Below, piece after piece: positions 1 to 9,492 of a DNA stretch of 40,502 nucleotides. This DNA comes from Acidimicrobiales bacterium (GTDB lineage: Bacteria > Actinomycetota > Acidimicrobiia > Acidimicrobiales > RAAP-2): positions 1 to 40,502 of the forward strand of contig DAIQPM010000001.1 of NCBI GenBank assembly GCA_036787355.1, read 5' to 3'. The translations under genes and the position numbers were made by a program. Positions within the stretch are counted from its first letter, which is position 1, and each line of letters begins with the position of its first letter. The notes below the pieces were generated by a model. It was not told the DNA's origin. It was given only the letters and a program-made list of their open reading frames with translations, and ran no database searches.

Positions 1-2
1 TG

Positions 3-302
3 CTGTTTCAAGGGATGTACTTCACCCAAATGCTTTCCACAAAAGAGGGACAGACGATTGGCAACCGAGTCGCGAAGACTCGTGTCGTAGACGCCCTCAC
101 TGGAGTTCTTCCTACTCGCCAGCAAGCATTTAGAAGGTGGTTGCCATTCGCGCTTATCCAAGCGCTCGGAATTGTGGCGTCATTCGTGCTAATTCCACTT
201 TCGCTTTTTATCGTGGTCGACTATTTCTTGCCACTCTTCGATAAGCAGAAACAAACTCTCCACGACAAATTTGCTGGAACCCTTGTTCAGTTGGTTGATT
301 AG
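3..302 (+). CDS. RDD-family membrane protein, 5' truncated by the window edge
   Basis: Frame is open from position 3. It has the GQTIG..R motif, hydrophobic helices and the C-terminal KQTLHDKFAGT.V, typical of RDD domains. Confidence 0.8.
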   Translation: MFQGMYFTQMLSTKEGQTIGNRVAKTRVVDALTGVLPTRQQAFRRWLPFALIQALGIVASFVLIPLSLFIVVDYFLPLFDKQKQTLHDKFAGTLVQLVD

Positions 303-895
303 TTCAGCGACGAAGTGTCGTTGGGCTTGCCAATTCCTGCAGAGAGCATCACAGAATTAGGAATCTTTAGGATTCCTTCATCGGTTTCAATCGTCACGTA
401 GGTAAGACCGGTTTCTAAGATTTTGGCTTTCAGTGTTCCAATACCACCAGAGCGAATCTCGACATAGTCACCAACGCTGTACGGATGCGCAACGAGCAAC
501 ACGAGAGCTGCGAAGAAGTTACCGAGACTCTGCTGTGCCGCGATTCCAAGAATCACACCAAGGAGCCCAACACTGACGAGTAGACGCCCCAGCGAAATTC
601 CAACGAGCGACAAAGCGCTAATCAGAACAATGACGTAACCGAATCCAGTGATAACAATTCGCACCCCTGCTCCAGCGGACCAGAACTTTCGATTTGTTAC
701 GAATTCGCCAATCGCTGAACCAAGGTTGCGAGCACAGATAATTCCAGTGACGAGAACAACCAGTGCCGCAATCCATCCGACCAGGTGAATGTTGTTGGCT
801 AAAAAGCTGACGTGATGTGCCACCTGACTGCGAAAGAGGATTGCTGCAATAGCAATAATCCCGCTAAGGACTCCCTTAAACCAGTTGGCCTTCAT
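299..895 (-). CDS. mscS: Small-conductance mechanosensitive channel (MscS family), short form
   Basis: TM helices followed by GVILGIAAQQSLGNFFAA..HPYSVGDYVEI and IPNS, the MscS TM3/beta-domain signature. Confidence 0.8.
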   Translation of the reverse strand: MKANWFKGVLSGIIAIAAILFRSQVAHHVSFLANNIHLVGWIAALVVLVTGIICARNLGSAIGEFVTNRKFWSAGAGVRIVITGFGYVIVLISALSLVGISLGRLLVSVGLLGVILGIAAQQSLGNFFAALVLLVAHPYSVGDYVEIRSGGIGTLKAKILETGLTYVTIETDEGILKIPNSVMLSAGIGKPNDTSSLN

Positions 896-900
896 GTGTT

Positions 901-2067
901 TTACGCCGGAACAGTGGCGTGAGGCATGCAGAGGTCGTCATATTCAGCAATGACAATCGGTCCTGCATTTTCGCCACATGCTGGGCACTGCGGATCACGG
1001 CGAACCTTGAAGGTGCGAAAGCTCTGATCGAGTGAGTCATACGACAAGAGACGACCAATGAGTGGTTCACCGAGGTCAAGAATCAACTTGATTGTTTCAA
1101 TTGCTTGAATCGAACCGATAATGCCTGGAAGAACTCCGAGCACTCCAGCTTCAGCACAACTTGGTGCAAGCTCGGCTGGTGGTGGTTCAGGAATCATGCA
1201 GCGATAGCAAGGGCCAACGTAAGGGGCAAAGATTGTTGCTTGACCTTCGAAGCGAAAGATTGAGCCGTGAACAACTGGAATCTTCTTAAGAAGAGCAGCG
1301 TCATTGACGAGGTAGCGCGTAGGAAAGTTGTCGGTTCCATCAACAATTACGTCGTACCCATCAATGATGTCAAGAATGTTTTCAGCGTTTAGTCGTGTGT
1401 CGTAGGTCTTAACAACGAGGTCAGGGTTAAGCGCTTCAAGGGTCATGCGCGCACTGTCAACTTTTCGCATTCCGACGCGGTCGTGGTTGTGAAGCACCTG
1501 ACGCTGAATGTTTGAAGCATCGACGACGTCCATGTCAATGATGCCGATTGTTCCAACGCCAGCTGCTGCTAGGTAGAGCGCTGCAGGAGAACCAAGTCCA
1601 CCAGCTCCGAGCATCAATACCTTTGCATCAAAGAGCTTCTGCTGACCCTTTTCTCCAACTTCAGGAAGGAGGAGGTGACGTTGGTAGCGGTTGCGCTGAT
1701 CTGAGTTCATGGTGCGTGGTGTCTTCCAGACGAGTCCGTCGTCTTTCCACTTGTTAAATCCCCCAATTACTGAAACGACGTCTGAGTAGCCGAGGTCTTG
1801 AAGAGTCTTGGCGGCGAATGCTGAACGAACACCACCGGCGCAGTACACAGCAATTGGTGCGCTCTTGTTAGTGAGCTGTCCTTCAACTGAGAATTCGAGT
1901 TGTCCGCGAGCGACGTGCACTGCTCCTGGAACAGCACCCTGTTCGTATTCTTCTGGTTCTCGAACGTCAAGAAGTGTGTAGTAGTCCAGGCGTTTAGCGA
2001 CTTCCTGAGGTTCAATCTCAGTAATCTCAGCCTTTGCGGCGTTTAAAAGGTCTCTTGGTGTTGCCAT
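901..2067 (-). CDS. moeB: Sulfur-carrier adenylyltransferase (MoeB/ThiF family) with an N-terminal rhodanese domain
   Basis: Rhodanese LLDVRE...YCAGGVRS, then RYQRH, GAGGLGS, DxDVVDASNIQRQ, the CYRC/CPAC zinc site and SCAEAGVLG. Confidence 0.9.
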   Translation of the reverse strand: MATPRDLLNAAKAEITEIEPQEVAKRLDYYTLLDVREPEEYEQGAVPGAVHVARGQLEFSVEGQLTNKSAPIAVYCAGGVRSAFAAKTLQDLGYSDVVSVIGGFNKWKDDGLVWKTPRTMNSDQRNRYQRHLLLPEVGEKGQQKLFDAKVLMLGAGGLGSPAALYLAAAGVGTIGIIDMDVVDASNIQRQVLHNHDRVGMRKVDSARMTLEALNPDLVVKTYDTRLNAENILDIIDGYDVIVDGTDNFPTRYLVNDAALLKKIPVVHGSIFRFEGQATIFAPYVGPCYRCMIPEPPPAELAPSCAEAGVLGVLPGIIGSIQAIETIKLILDLGEPLIGRLLSYDSLDQSFRTFKVRRDPQCPACGENAGPIVIAEYDDLCMPHATVPA

Positions 2068-2129
2068 AGTTCCTAAATCCTACCTGATAGGTCAACAATC
2101 ATGTCCTCGGGAGTTGCTAGACCTTTACG

Positions 2130-2726
2130 GTGGACTTATCGAAACTCCTTAGCCAGCGCAGAATGGTGCGCTCTTTTGACGGCTCTGCGGTCGATGAAAA
2201 ATGGCTTGACAAGGTCTGTGAAAACGCACTTTGGAGCCCTACCGCGGGCAATAGCGCTGGAGTACGTATGTACACAGTGTCCAAAGAACACGTTGCAAAG
2301 TATTTTGAAGTTGCCACCGATAAAGAATGGCGTGAATCATCAAAGAGAGCTGAAGCGCTCATGAGATGTGGCGCAGTGGTGATCATTACATCGCGTCCGA
2401 ATGATTACATTGCTCGCTACGCAGAAGACGACAAGGCCAAATCAGGTCTTAGTGAAAAAGACGCGTGGCCCATTCCCTATTGGCACACTGATGCCGCCAT
2501 GGCCGCCATGGCACTCTTGTTGCTGATTGAAGAAGCAGGGTTGCAAGCGACTATCTGGGGCAACTTCAGAAATGATGCAGCGGTTCTGTCGTGGGCTGGT
2601 GTAAAGGACGAAGAACTATTCGCATCAATCCTCATTGGACGTGGCGATGGCAACGACGTTGCTTCAAAGTCACTTCAACGTGAAGTTCCATCTCGAAGTA
2701 ATCGAGTTAGACGAGTACAGCCTTAG
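2130..2726 (+). CDS. Nitroreductase-family flavoprotein
   Basis: RRMVRSF FMN-binding motif, SPTAGN, and PYWHTDAAMAAMALLL...AGL. Confidence 0.8.
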   Translation: MDLSKLLSQRRMVRSFDGSAVDEKWLDKVCENALWSPTAGNSAGVRMYTVSKEHVAKYFEVATDKEWRESSKRAEALMRCGAVVIITSRPNDYIARYAEDDKAKSGLSEKDAWPIPYWHTDAAMAAMALLLLIEEAGLQATIWGNFRNDAAVLSWAGVKDEELFASILIGRGDGNDVASKSLQREVPSRSNRVRRVQP

Positions 2727-3269
2727 TTACTGGTGAACGCGGGCGGTGCGGTGGTTTGGACCTTCGGCCCAACGCGCCATTGTCCATGCGAGGTCGCTCT
2801 GGCGATTCAGGTACGGAACAACAAGTGAGTTTTCAATCGGGTAACCAACCGCAATGCGCTCTGCACGTCTGATGACAGTGCGAGCAACATCAAGTGCAGC
2901 TGAGAGTTGATTTTCTCCTGGGACAACAAACTCGGTAGGCATTTCAATTTCATCTGAAAGAGCATCGATGTGACTTTCGAGCATTTCAATCATCTCAATT
3001 GTCACCAGTGTCTTATCGGCAGTGAGCTTGTGACGATTTTCAGGCAGCGTGGCAACTTCTGCCATCAGCACCCAAAGGTGACGCTCAAGTGTGATGAGAA
3101 GTTCATTAAGTCGAGATCCCGGTTCGGTAAGAGCTCTGGCCATTCCAAGCATGGCCTGGGCCTCATCAACAGCACCATTTACTTCAATAGGGTCTGAGGT
3201 CTTCTCAGTTCGCCCCCCGAAGTACAAGCCCGTTGTTCCGTCGTCGCCACCACGTGTATAGATCTTCAC
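2727..3269 (-). CDS. ATP:cob(I)alamin adenosyltransferase, PduO type
   Basis: KIYTRGGDDGTTGL, NGAVDE, FVVPG, ARTVIRRAER and YLNRQSD. Start moved to GTG at 3269, 6 nt after a TACGCT -10-like hexamer. Confidence 0.9.
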   Translation of the reverse strand: MKIYTRGGDDGTTGLYFGGRTEKTSDPIEVNGAVDEAQAMLGMARALTEPGSRLNELLITLERHLWVLMAEVATLPENRHKLTADKTLVTIEMIEMLESHIDALSDEIEMPTEFVVPGENQLSAALDVARTVIRRAERIAVGYPIENSLVVPYLNRQSDLAWTMARWAEGPNHRTARVHQ

Positions 3270-3316
3270 AGTGCCAGCGTAGTGATTCCTTTGTGGACTA
3301 GTAGCCTTATTAATCA

Positions 3317-6300
3317 ATGTCGTCCAATATCCGCCCACCTTTTGCCCGTCCGGCCGCGAACGACCCCTACCTCGACGCCCTATCGAAAAAAGTCCTTATT
3401 TACGACGGTGCCACCGGCACAAATCTCCAGATTCAAGAGTTGACTGCAGCCGACTTCGGTGGCGAAAAATTAGAAGGCTGCAACGAAATCCTCTGTGTCA
3501 CCAAGCCCGAATCAATTGAGCGACTACACCGTTCATTCTTCGACGTGGGCGTTGACGTCATTGAAACAAACTCCTTTGGGTCATTCGGCGTTGTGCTTGC
3601 TGAATATGGAATTCCTGAGCGAGCTCACGAGCTCGCCCTCGCTTCAGCGAAGATCGCACGAAAGATTGCCGACGAGTACTCGAGTCCTAATGACAAGAAA
3701 TTCGTCAGCGGATCAATCGGGCCAGGAACAAAGTTCCCGACACTCGGACAAATTACCTACGACGCTCTTTCAGAGAGCTACGAAGAACTCGCCTATGCAC
3801 TTCTAGAAGGTGGCGTTGACGTTCTGCTCGTAGAAACAATGTTCGACCTTCTTTCTGGAAAAGCTGCAATCGCTGCATGCCACCGGGCAATGGCACGTCA
3901 CGGTCGCATTGTTCCCATCCAAGCCCAGGTAACAATCGAACTCACGGGTCGCATGCTTCCGGGAACAGAAATCAATGCCGCAATTACTGCGCTCTCGCCA
4001 CTCGGCATTGACGTCATTGGACTTAACTGCGCCACTGGGCCAGTTGAAATGTATGAACCGCTTCGTACGCTTTCTGAATCTGCACCAATGCCAATTAGCT
4101 GTCTTCCTAACGCTGGACTTCCGAGCGTTGTTGACGGCAAGATGCACTACGACTTAACACCCGAACAGCTCGCAGAGCACATGTCTAAGTTTGTTTCTGA
4201 ATATGGACTGCAAGTTGTTGGTGGATGCTGTGGAACTACACCAGAGCACTTGGCCCGCGTTGTAGAAGCAGTTCGACCCCTTACCCCAGCGAAGCGCTCA
4301 CCAATCCTTGAGCCCGCAGCCGCATCGATCTACTCAACCACGAGCTACAGCCAGGACCGTTCGGTACTTATGGTTGGAGAGCGCACGAATGCGAACGGCT
4401 CAAAGTTGTTCCGAGAAGCAATGCTCGAAGGTGACTGGGACACTTGCGTAGGAATTGGCCGCGACCAGATCAAAGAAGGCGCACATATCCTGGATGTCTG
4501 TGTTGACTACACCGGAGCTGATGGCATCAGTGACATGAATGAAATCATGAGTCGCCTCGCTACTCAGTCCTCAGTGCCAATCATGGTTGACACCACCGAA
4601 ACACTGGTAGCTCGACAAGCTCTTACCTGGCTCGGTGGCAAGGCAATCCTCAACTCAGTAAACCTCGAAGAAGGCGACGGACCAGGAACTCGCCTCGACG
4701 GTTTCTTATCGCTCGCAGCAGAATTTGGTTCCGCTGTAGTTGCTACGTGCATTGACGAAGAAGGACAAGCCCGCACTGCTGAGTGGAAGGTTCGTGCTGC
4801 TAAGAACATCACCAATCTTGCAGTCGAGCGCTACGGACTAAGCCCTGAAGACATCTTCATTGACACCTTGGCCCTACCGCTCTCTACAGGAATGATCGAG
4901 TCACGTCGAGACGGTATTGAGACTCTTGAAGCGATTAAACGAATCAAGGCTGAGATGCCAGGAGTTCGCACCATTCTCGGGCTCTCCAACATCTCGTTCG
5001 GTCTCAACCCAGCCGCTCGCCAAGTGCTCAACAGTATGTTCTTGCACGAAGCTGCAGAAGCTGGACTTGATGCAGCAATTGTGCACGCCTCAAAGATTTT
5101 GCCACTCGCAAAGATCAGCGAAGAATCTCGCAAGGTCTGCCTCGACCTGATTTATGACCGCAGGTCTGAAGGGTACGACCCACTTCAGACACTGCTCGGA
5201 CTCTACGAAGGCGTAAAGGCAGCTACTGCTGGTGGCGCGAAGCTTGATGATTTGAGCCTCGAAGAGCGCTTGAAGCGTCGAATCATTGACGGAGTAAGAA
5301 CAGGACTTGAAGACGACCTGAAACAGGCAATGGACAGTGGCATTAAGCCACTCGAAATTGTTAACGACCACTTGCTTGAAGGCATGAAGGTTGTTGGAGA
5401 ACTCTTCGCATCTGGAGAAATGCAGTTACCTTTCGTTCTTCAGTCTGCAGAAACTATGAAGTCAGCGGTTGCCTTCTTAGAGCCGTTCATGGAAAAGAGC
5501 GACCAGGGTGGAAGAGGAAAAGTTGTACTCGCCACAGTTAAGGGTGACGTACACGACATTGGAAAAAACCTCGTCGACATCATTCTCACTAACAATGGCT
5601 ACGAAGTTGTAAACCTCGGCATCAAAGTTGGCATCAACGAAATGATCCAAGCCGTTAAGGAACACAAAGCCGATGCTCTTGGCATGAGTGGACTTCTCGT
5701 TAAGTCAACGCTCATCATGCGAGAAAACCTAGAGCTCATGAACGAGCAAGGCCTCAGTGACGTTCCAGTGCTGCTCGGTGGTGCCGCTCTAACACGCACC
5801 TACGTAGAGCGCGACCTTCGCACCGTCTATGACGGACGTGTCTTCTACGGAAAAGATGCCTTCGAGGGACTTCGAGTTCTTGACCGTCTCGGAGAAATTA
5901 AGAAAACCGGCGAAGTCGATGAAAAGTTCGGTCTCGAAATTTCAGAGAGCACCGTGCAGCGCCGTTTCCGTGGAGAAGATCCGACTCCTGAAGGTCTTCC
6001 AGATCGCAGCCCAGAAGTTGAAACAGACAATCCACTCTTTCCACCACCATTCATTGGAAGCCGCGTCGCCAAGGGAATGTCCATCGACGAAATTTCAGAG
6101 TTCTTGAACCAGACTGCACTCTTTAGAAACCAGTGGGGCTTTCGACCTGAAGACGGCGAAGATGACCAGGCCTTTAAAGAGCGCGTTGGTGCAACGTTCC
6201 GCGAACAACTGGCTATTGCCAAGGCAGAAAACTTACTGATTCCTCAGGTTGTATGGGGTCACTTCCCTGCTGCAAAAGAAGGCAACGATCTCATTATCTA

Positions 6301-6820
6301 CACCGACGAGACTCGCACGACGGAAGCAACACGTTTCAGCTTTCCTCGCCAGCACAAAGATCCATTCCTTTCGATCTCTGACTTTTTCCGCGAGTCAACG
6401 AGTCCAGACCAGGACTACGCCAGTTTCATGCTCGTAACAATGGGTTCACGAGTCTCAGAGCGTTGCCAAGAACTCTTCGCCGAAGACCGTTACAACGACT
6501 ACCTCATGCTTCACGGCCTTGGTGTTGAAATGGCCGAAGCGCTCGCTGAACTCTGGCACAAGCGCATACGTGAGGAGCTCGGGTACGTCGAAGAAGACGG
6601 CCCAACCCTCACCGGACTATTTCGCCAGCAATACCGTGGTGGTCGCTACTCATGGGGTTACCCGGCCTGCCCAGATCTAATGGACAACGCCAAGGTTGCT
6701 GCTCTGCTTGAGTCAGATCGAATTGGCGTAACAGTTTCTGAAGGATTCCAACTTCACCCTGAGCAAACAACCGATGCCATTATCTGTCATCACCCGAAGG
6801 CTAAGTACTTCCTCGCTTAA
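3317..6820 (+). CDS. metH: Cobalamin-dependent methionine synthase
   Basis: GLNCATGP and GGCCGT (Zn/Hcy domain), VGERTNANGS pterin domain, DVHDIGKN B12 motif, and activation domain with RYSWGYPACP. Confidence 0.97.
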   Translation: MSSNIRPPFARPAANDPYLDALSKKVLIYDGATGTNLQIQELTAADFGGEKLEGCNEILCVTKPESIERLHRSFFDVGVDVIETNSFGSFGVVLAEYGIPERAHELALASAKIARKIADEYSSPNDKKFVSGSIGPGTKFPTLGQITYDALSESYEELAYALLEGGVDVLLVETMFDLLSGKAAIAACHRAMARHGRIVPIQAQVTIELTGRMLPGTEINAAITALSPLGIDVIGLNCATGPVEMYEPLRTLSESAPMPISCLPNAGLPSVVDGKMHYDLTPEQLAEHMSKFVSEYGLQVVGGCCGTTPEHLARVVEAVRPLTPAKRSPILEPAAASIYSTTSYSQDRSVLMVGERTNANGSKLFREAMLEGDWDTCVGIGRDQIKEGAHILDVCVDYTGADGISDMNEIMSRLATQSSVPIMVDTTETLVARQALTWLGGKAILNSVNLEEGDGPGTRLDGFLSLAAEFGSAVVATCIDEEGQARTAEWKVRAAKNITNLAVERYGLSPEDIFIDTLALPLSTGMIESRRDGIETLEAIKRIKAEMPGVRTILGLSNISFGLNPAARQVLNSMFLHEAAEAGLDAAIVHASKILPLAKISEESRKVCLDLIYDRRSEGYDPLQTLLGLYEGVKAATAGGAKLDDLSLEERLKRRIIDGVRTGLEDDLKQAMDSGIKPLEIVNDHLLEGMKVVGELFASGEMQLPFVLQSAETMKSAVAFLEPFMEKSDQGGRGKVVLATVKGDVHDIGKNLVDIILTNNGYEVVNLGIKVGINEMIQAVKEHKADALGMSGLLVKSTLIMRENLELMNEQGLSDVPVLLGGAALTRTYVERDLRTVYDGRVFYGKDAFEGLRVLDRLGEIKKTGEVDEKFGLEISESTVQRRFRGEDPTPEGLPDRSPEVETDNPLFPPPFIGSRVAKGMSIDEISEFLNQTALFRNQWGFRPEDGEDDQAFKERVGATFREQLAIAKAENLLIPQVVWGHFPAAKEGNDLIIYTDETRTTEATRFSFPRQHKDPFLSISDFFRESTSPDQDYASFMLVTMGSRVSERCQELFAEDRYNDYLMLHGLGVEMAEALAELWHKRIREELGYVEEDGPTLTGLFRQQYRGGRYSWGYPACPDLMDNAKVAALLESDRIGVTVSEGFQLHPEQTTDAIICHHPKAKYFLA

Positions 6821-7206
6821 CTCACGCTGATTACCTCAGCGTTTCGAATGCTTGTCATTCCCTTGTCGGTCGTAATGATTTGCATTGTCAACTTCTGAGA
6901 TAACTCAATGTAAATTGCATCCTTCAGGCTCACATTGTCTCGACGTGACCATGCTCCGATGAGCAAATCACCGATGGCGTGTCGTGTTATCGGGGCCCCA
7001 AGAAATTCATTAAGGTTTCCAAGCGTTTCTTGATCTGACTGCGATCCAGCTCGGTTCATTCTTCCAAATGCTGAAAGCACTTCTGCATCAATGTGTGCAG
7101 GTGCGTGCAATTCACTGCCGAATATTCTTCGGTAGACAGCGTCACCAAGTTCACCACCAAGAATTAAATCGATAATTGCGGAAGCATCAATGACGAGGTC
7201 AGCCAT
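6817..7206 (-). CDS. vapC: VapC PIN-domain toxin
   Basis: PIN acidic residues in VIDAS, DAEV, DAIY and TTD. 129 aa, overlapping the upstream antitoxin gene by 8 nt. Confidence 0.88.
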   Translation of the reverse strand: MADLVIDASAIIDLILGGELGDAVYRRIFGSELHAPAHIDAEVLSAFGRMNRAGSQSDQETLGNLNEFLGAPITRHAIGDLLIGAWSRRDNVSLKDAIYIELSQKLTMQIITTDKGMTSIRNAEVISVS

Positions 7207-7429
7207 GGTAAGTCGAAGCTTCGTCTCGAACTTCTCTAAGCACTTCCATCACGTTCTCATGTGAAATTGTTCTTGCTTTAGGACGACGGAGTGACTCAAG
7301 CCAATTATTGGTCGCCATCGCCCCCATCTGACTTTTGATCGCATCTTGCGTAAGTGCAGAAATGTTTAGTTTCAGCTCTTTTGCCTGCTGGGCTAACTCA
7401 TCTGGTAGATAAACATTGATTCTTGCCAT
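7199..7429 (-). CDS. vapB: VapB antitoxin (RHH / CcdA-like N-terminus)
   Basis: MARINVYLPDELA...LNISALTQDAI ribbon-helix-helix pattern directly upstream of the PIN gene. Start at ATG 7429 lies 6 nt after TATACT. Confidence 0.82.
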   Translation of the reverse strand: MARINVYLPDELAQQAKELKLNISALTQDAIKSQMGAMATNNWLESLRRPKARTISHENVMEVLREVRDEASTYHG

Positions 7430-7435
7430 GCGCAT

Positions 7436-7441
7436 AGTATA
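7436..7441 (-). promoter_or_regulatory. Putative -10 element (TATACT) of a leaderless vapBC transcript
   Basis: Minus strand reads TATACT-atgcgc-ATG, with no Shine-Dalgarno sequence. Confidence 0.55.
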
Positions 7442-7524
7442 CACACTTTCTTTTAGCTAGTAATCACAACTGTCGCTGCGAGTTGAGAGTTTTAGAAAAT
7501 TGTGAGTTGTTAGTGTGAATCCCT

Positions 7525-9492
7525 ATGACAACCCGCTCAAGCAACTCACTTGATTTAACCAATGTTCTCTCTGATGTTCGACCTCAAGATGATCTCTTTC
7601 GCCACGTGAATGGCGTTTGGCTCCGTGACGCAGAGATCCCAGCCGACCGCGCACGCTTCGGGGCATTTGATGAGCTGCGTATGGAAAGCGAAGACCGCGT
7701 TCGAAAGATAATTGACGAATGTGCCGCCAGTGCTGCAACCCCTGGGAGCAATGCTCGCAAAGTCGGCGACGTCTACCGATCGTTTATGGACGAAAAGCGA
7801 ATTGAAGAACTTGGTGTTTCACCAATCGCTAAAGAATTGAGCGAAGCTCAGCAAGTTACCTCGATTAATGACTTGGCATCCTTCCTTGGAACTCAGTGGA
7901 CTCGAGGGATGAGCGGCATCTTTGGCTCCTTCATTTATGCGGACTTCAAAGATTCCACCACGCACATTGCTTACGTGAGCCAGTCCGGCATCAGTCTTCC
8001 TGACGAGAGTTACTATCGTGAAGCTGAGCATGAGTCCGTGAGAACTGCATTCGTTGCTCACATGAGCAAAATGTTCGAGCTCGCGGGAATAGCTGATGCT
8101 GCAGGTCACGCCAAGCGAGTTATGGAACTCGAAACACAGATCGCTTCGTATCACTGGGACCGAGTGAAGCTACGAGAAGCTGAGCTCAACTACAACAAGA
8201 TGTCGTTTGTTGAACTTCAAGAACTGAGTGGAACATTTAACTGGGAACTGTGGCTCGAAAAGAGTCAAATCCCAAGTGGTGCATTCGACACACTCATTGT
8301 TCGCCAACCCCCATTCTTTGAAGGCCTTAAGACCCTGATGGCGAACTTCGATGCCGCTTCGTGGCAGTCGTGGCTGATGTGGAACATCATCAGCGAAGCT
8401 GCGTCATATTTGTCAAGTGCCTTCGTGGAAGAGAACTTTGACTTCTTCGGCCGCACACTCTCAGGAACACCAGAGATGAAAGAGCGCTGGCGTCGTGGTG
8501 GATCGCTCGTTGAAGGTTTCCTCGGTGAAGCAATTGGAGAGCTCTACGTAGAGAAGTACTTCCCACCAGCCGCAAAGCAGCGCATGTTGCAGCTCGTTGA
8601 GAACCTCATGGTGGCCTACAAGCAGAGCATCGAAAGTCTTGACTGGATGACTGACGAGACCAAGCAAAAGGCTCTCGTAAAGCTCTCAAAGTTTGTCCCG
8701 ATGATTGGCTACCCCGACAAGTGGCGCGACTATTCAGCTCTAGAAATCAGAGCTGACGACCTTATTGGCAATCTGCACGCACTGGCAAAGTTCGAACTTG
8801 ACTACATGCTCGCAAAGATCGGTAAGCCTGTTGACCGTGACGAGTGGGGCATGACTCCTCAGACCGTTAATGCCTATTACAACCCAGTGATGAACCGCAT
8901 TGTGTTCCCCGCTGGAATTCTTCAGGCGCCTTTCTTTGACCTCGAAGCAGATGACGCCACCAACTATGGAGGTATCGGAGCTGTAATTGGTCACGAAGTA
9001 GGTCACGGCTTTGATGATCAGGGTTCTAAGTACGACGGTGATGGCAACATCAATAACTGGTGGAGTGAAAAAGACCTCAGTGAATTTGAGAACCGCACCA
9101 AGTCGCTCATTGATCAATACGACGTTCTGCGCCCAGAAGCGGCACCAGATGTTCACGTCAATGGTGCACTCACCATTGGAGAAAACATTGGTGACCTTGG
9201 TGGACTCACTATTGCTTACAAGGCATACAAGATTGCCCTTGGAGGAAAACCTTCAGAAGTTATCGATGGCTTAACTGGTGAGCAGCGTTTGTTCTTCAAC
9301 TGGGCCCGAGTATGGCGCGGAAAGTCTCGTCCCGACGAGGCTCGCCGTCTCATCACAATCGATCCTCACTCGCCTGCTGAATTCAGATGCAACCAGATTG
9401 TTAAAAACCTTGACGAATTCGTTGAGGCATTTGGCGTTAGCGAAAACGACAAGCTCTTTATGCCTAAAGAAGAGCGCGTTCGTATTTGGTAA
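7525..9492 (+). CDS. pepO: M13 (neprilysin/PepO/Zmp1-like) zinc metallopeptidase
   Basis: VNAYY, GHEVGHGFD (HExxH), GENIGD and DPHSP. No signal peptide. Confidence 0.93.
   Translation: MTTRSSNSLDLTNVLSDVRPQDDLFRHVNGVWLRDAEIPADRARFGAFDELRMESEDRVRKIIDECAASAATPGSNARKVGDVYRSFMDEKRIEELGVSPIAKELSEAQQVTSINDLASFLGTQWTRGMSGIFGSFIYADFKDSTTHIAYVSQSGISLPDESYYREAEHESVRTAFVAHMSKMFELAGIADAAGHAKRVMELETQIASYHWDRVKLREAELNYNKMSFVELQELSGTFNWELWLEKSQIPSGAFDTLIVRQPPFFEGLKTLMANFDAASWQSWLMWNIISEAASYLSSAFVEENFDFFGRTLSGTPEMKERWRRGGSLVEGFLGEAIGELYVEKYFPPAAKQRMLQLVENLMVAYKQSIESLDWMTDETKQKALVKLSKFVPMIGYPDKWRDYSALEIRADDLIGNLHALAKFELDYMLAKIGKPVDRDEWGMTPQTVNAYYNPVMNRIVFPAGILQAPFFDLEADDATNYGGIGAVIGHEVGHGFDDQGSKYDGDGNINNWWSEKDLSEFENRTKSLIDQYDVLRPEAAPDVHVNGALTIGENIGDLGGLTIAYKAYKIALGGKPSEVIDGLTGEQRLFFNWARVWRGKSRPDEARRLITIDPHSPAEFRCNQIVKNLDEFVEAFGVSENDKLFMPKEERVRIW

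Noticed and set aside
2130..2726. Nitroreductase as BluB (DMB synthase), given the neighbouring adenosyltransferase and metH
   Set aside because: It has SPTAGNSAGV rather than the BluB-type APSVG..QPW and looks like a generic nitroreductase. It is also convergent with, not co-transcribed with, the adenosyltransferase.
3270..3316. Cobalamin or SAM riboswitch upstream of metH or the adenosyltransferase
   Set aside because: The divergent spacer is only 47 bp, with no recognisable aptamer.
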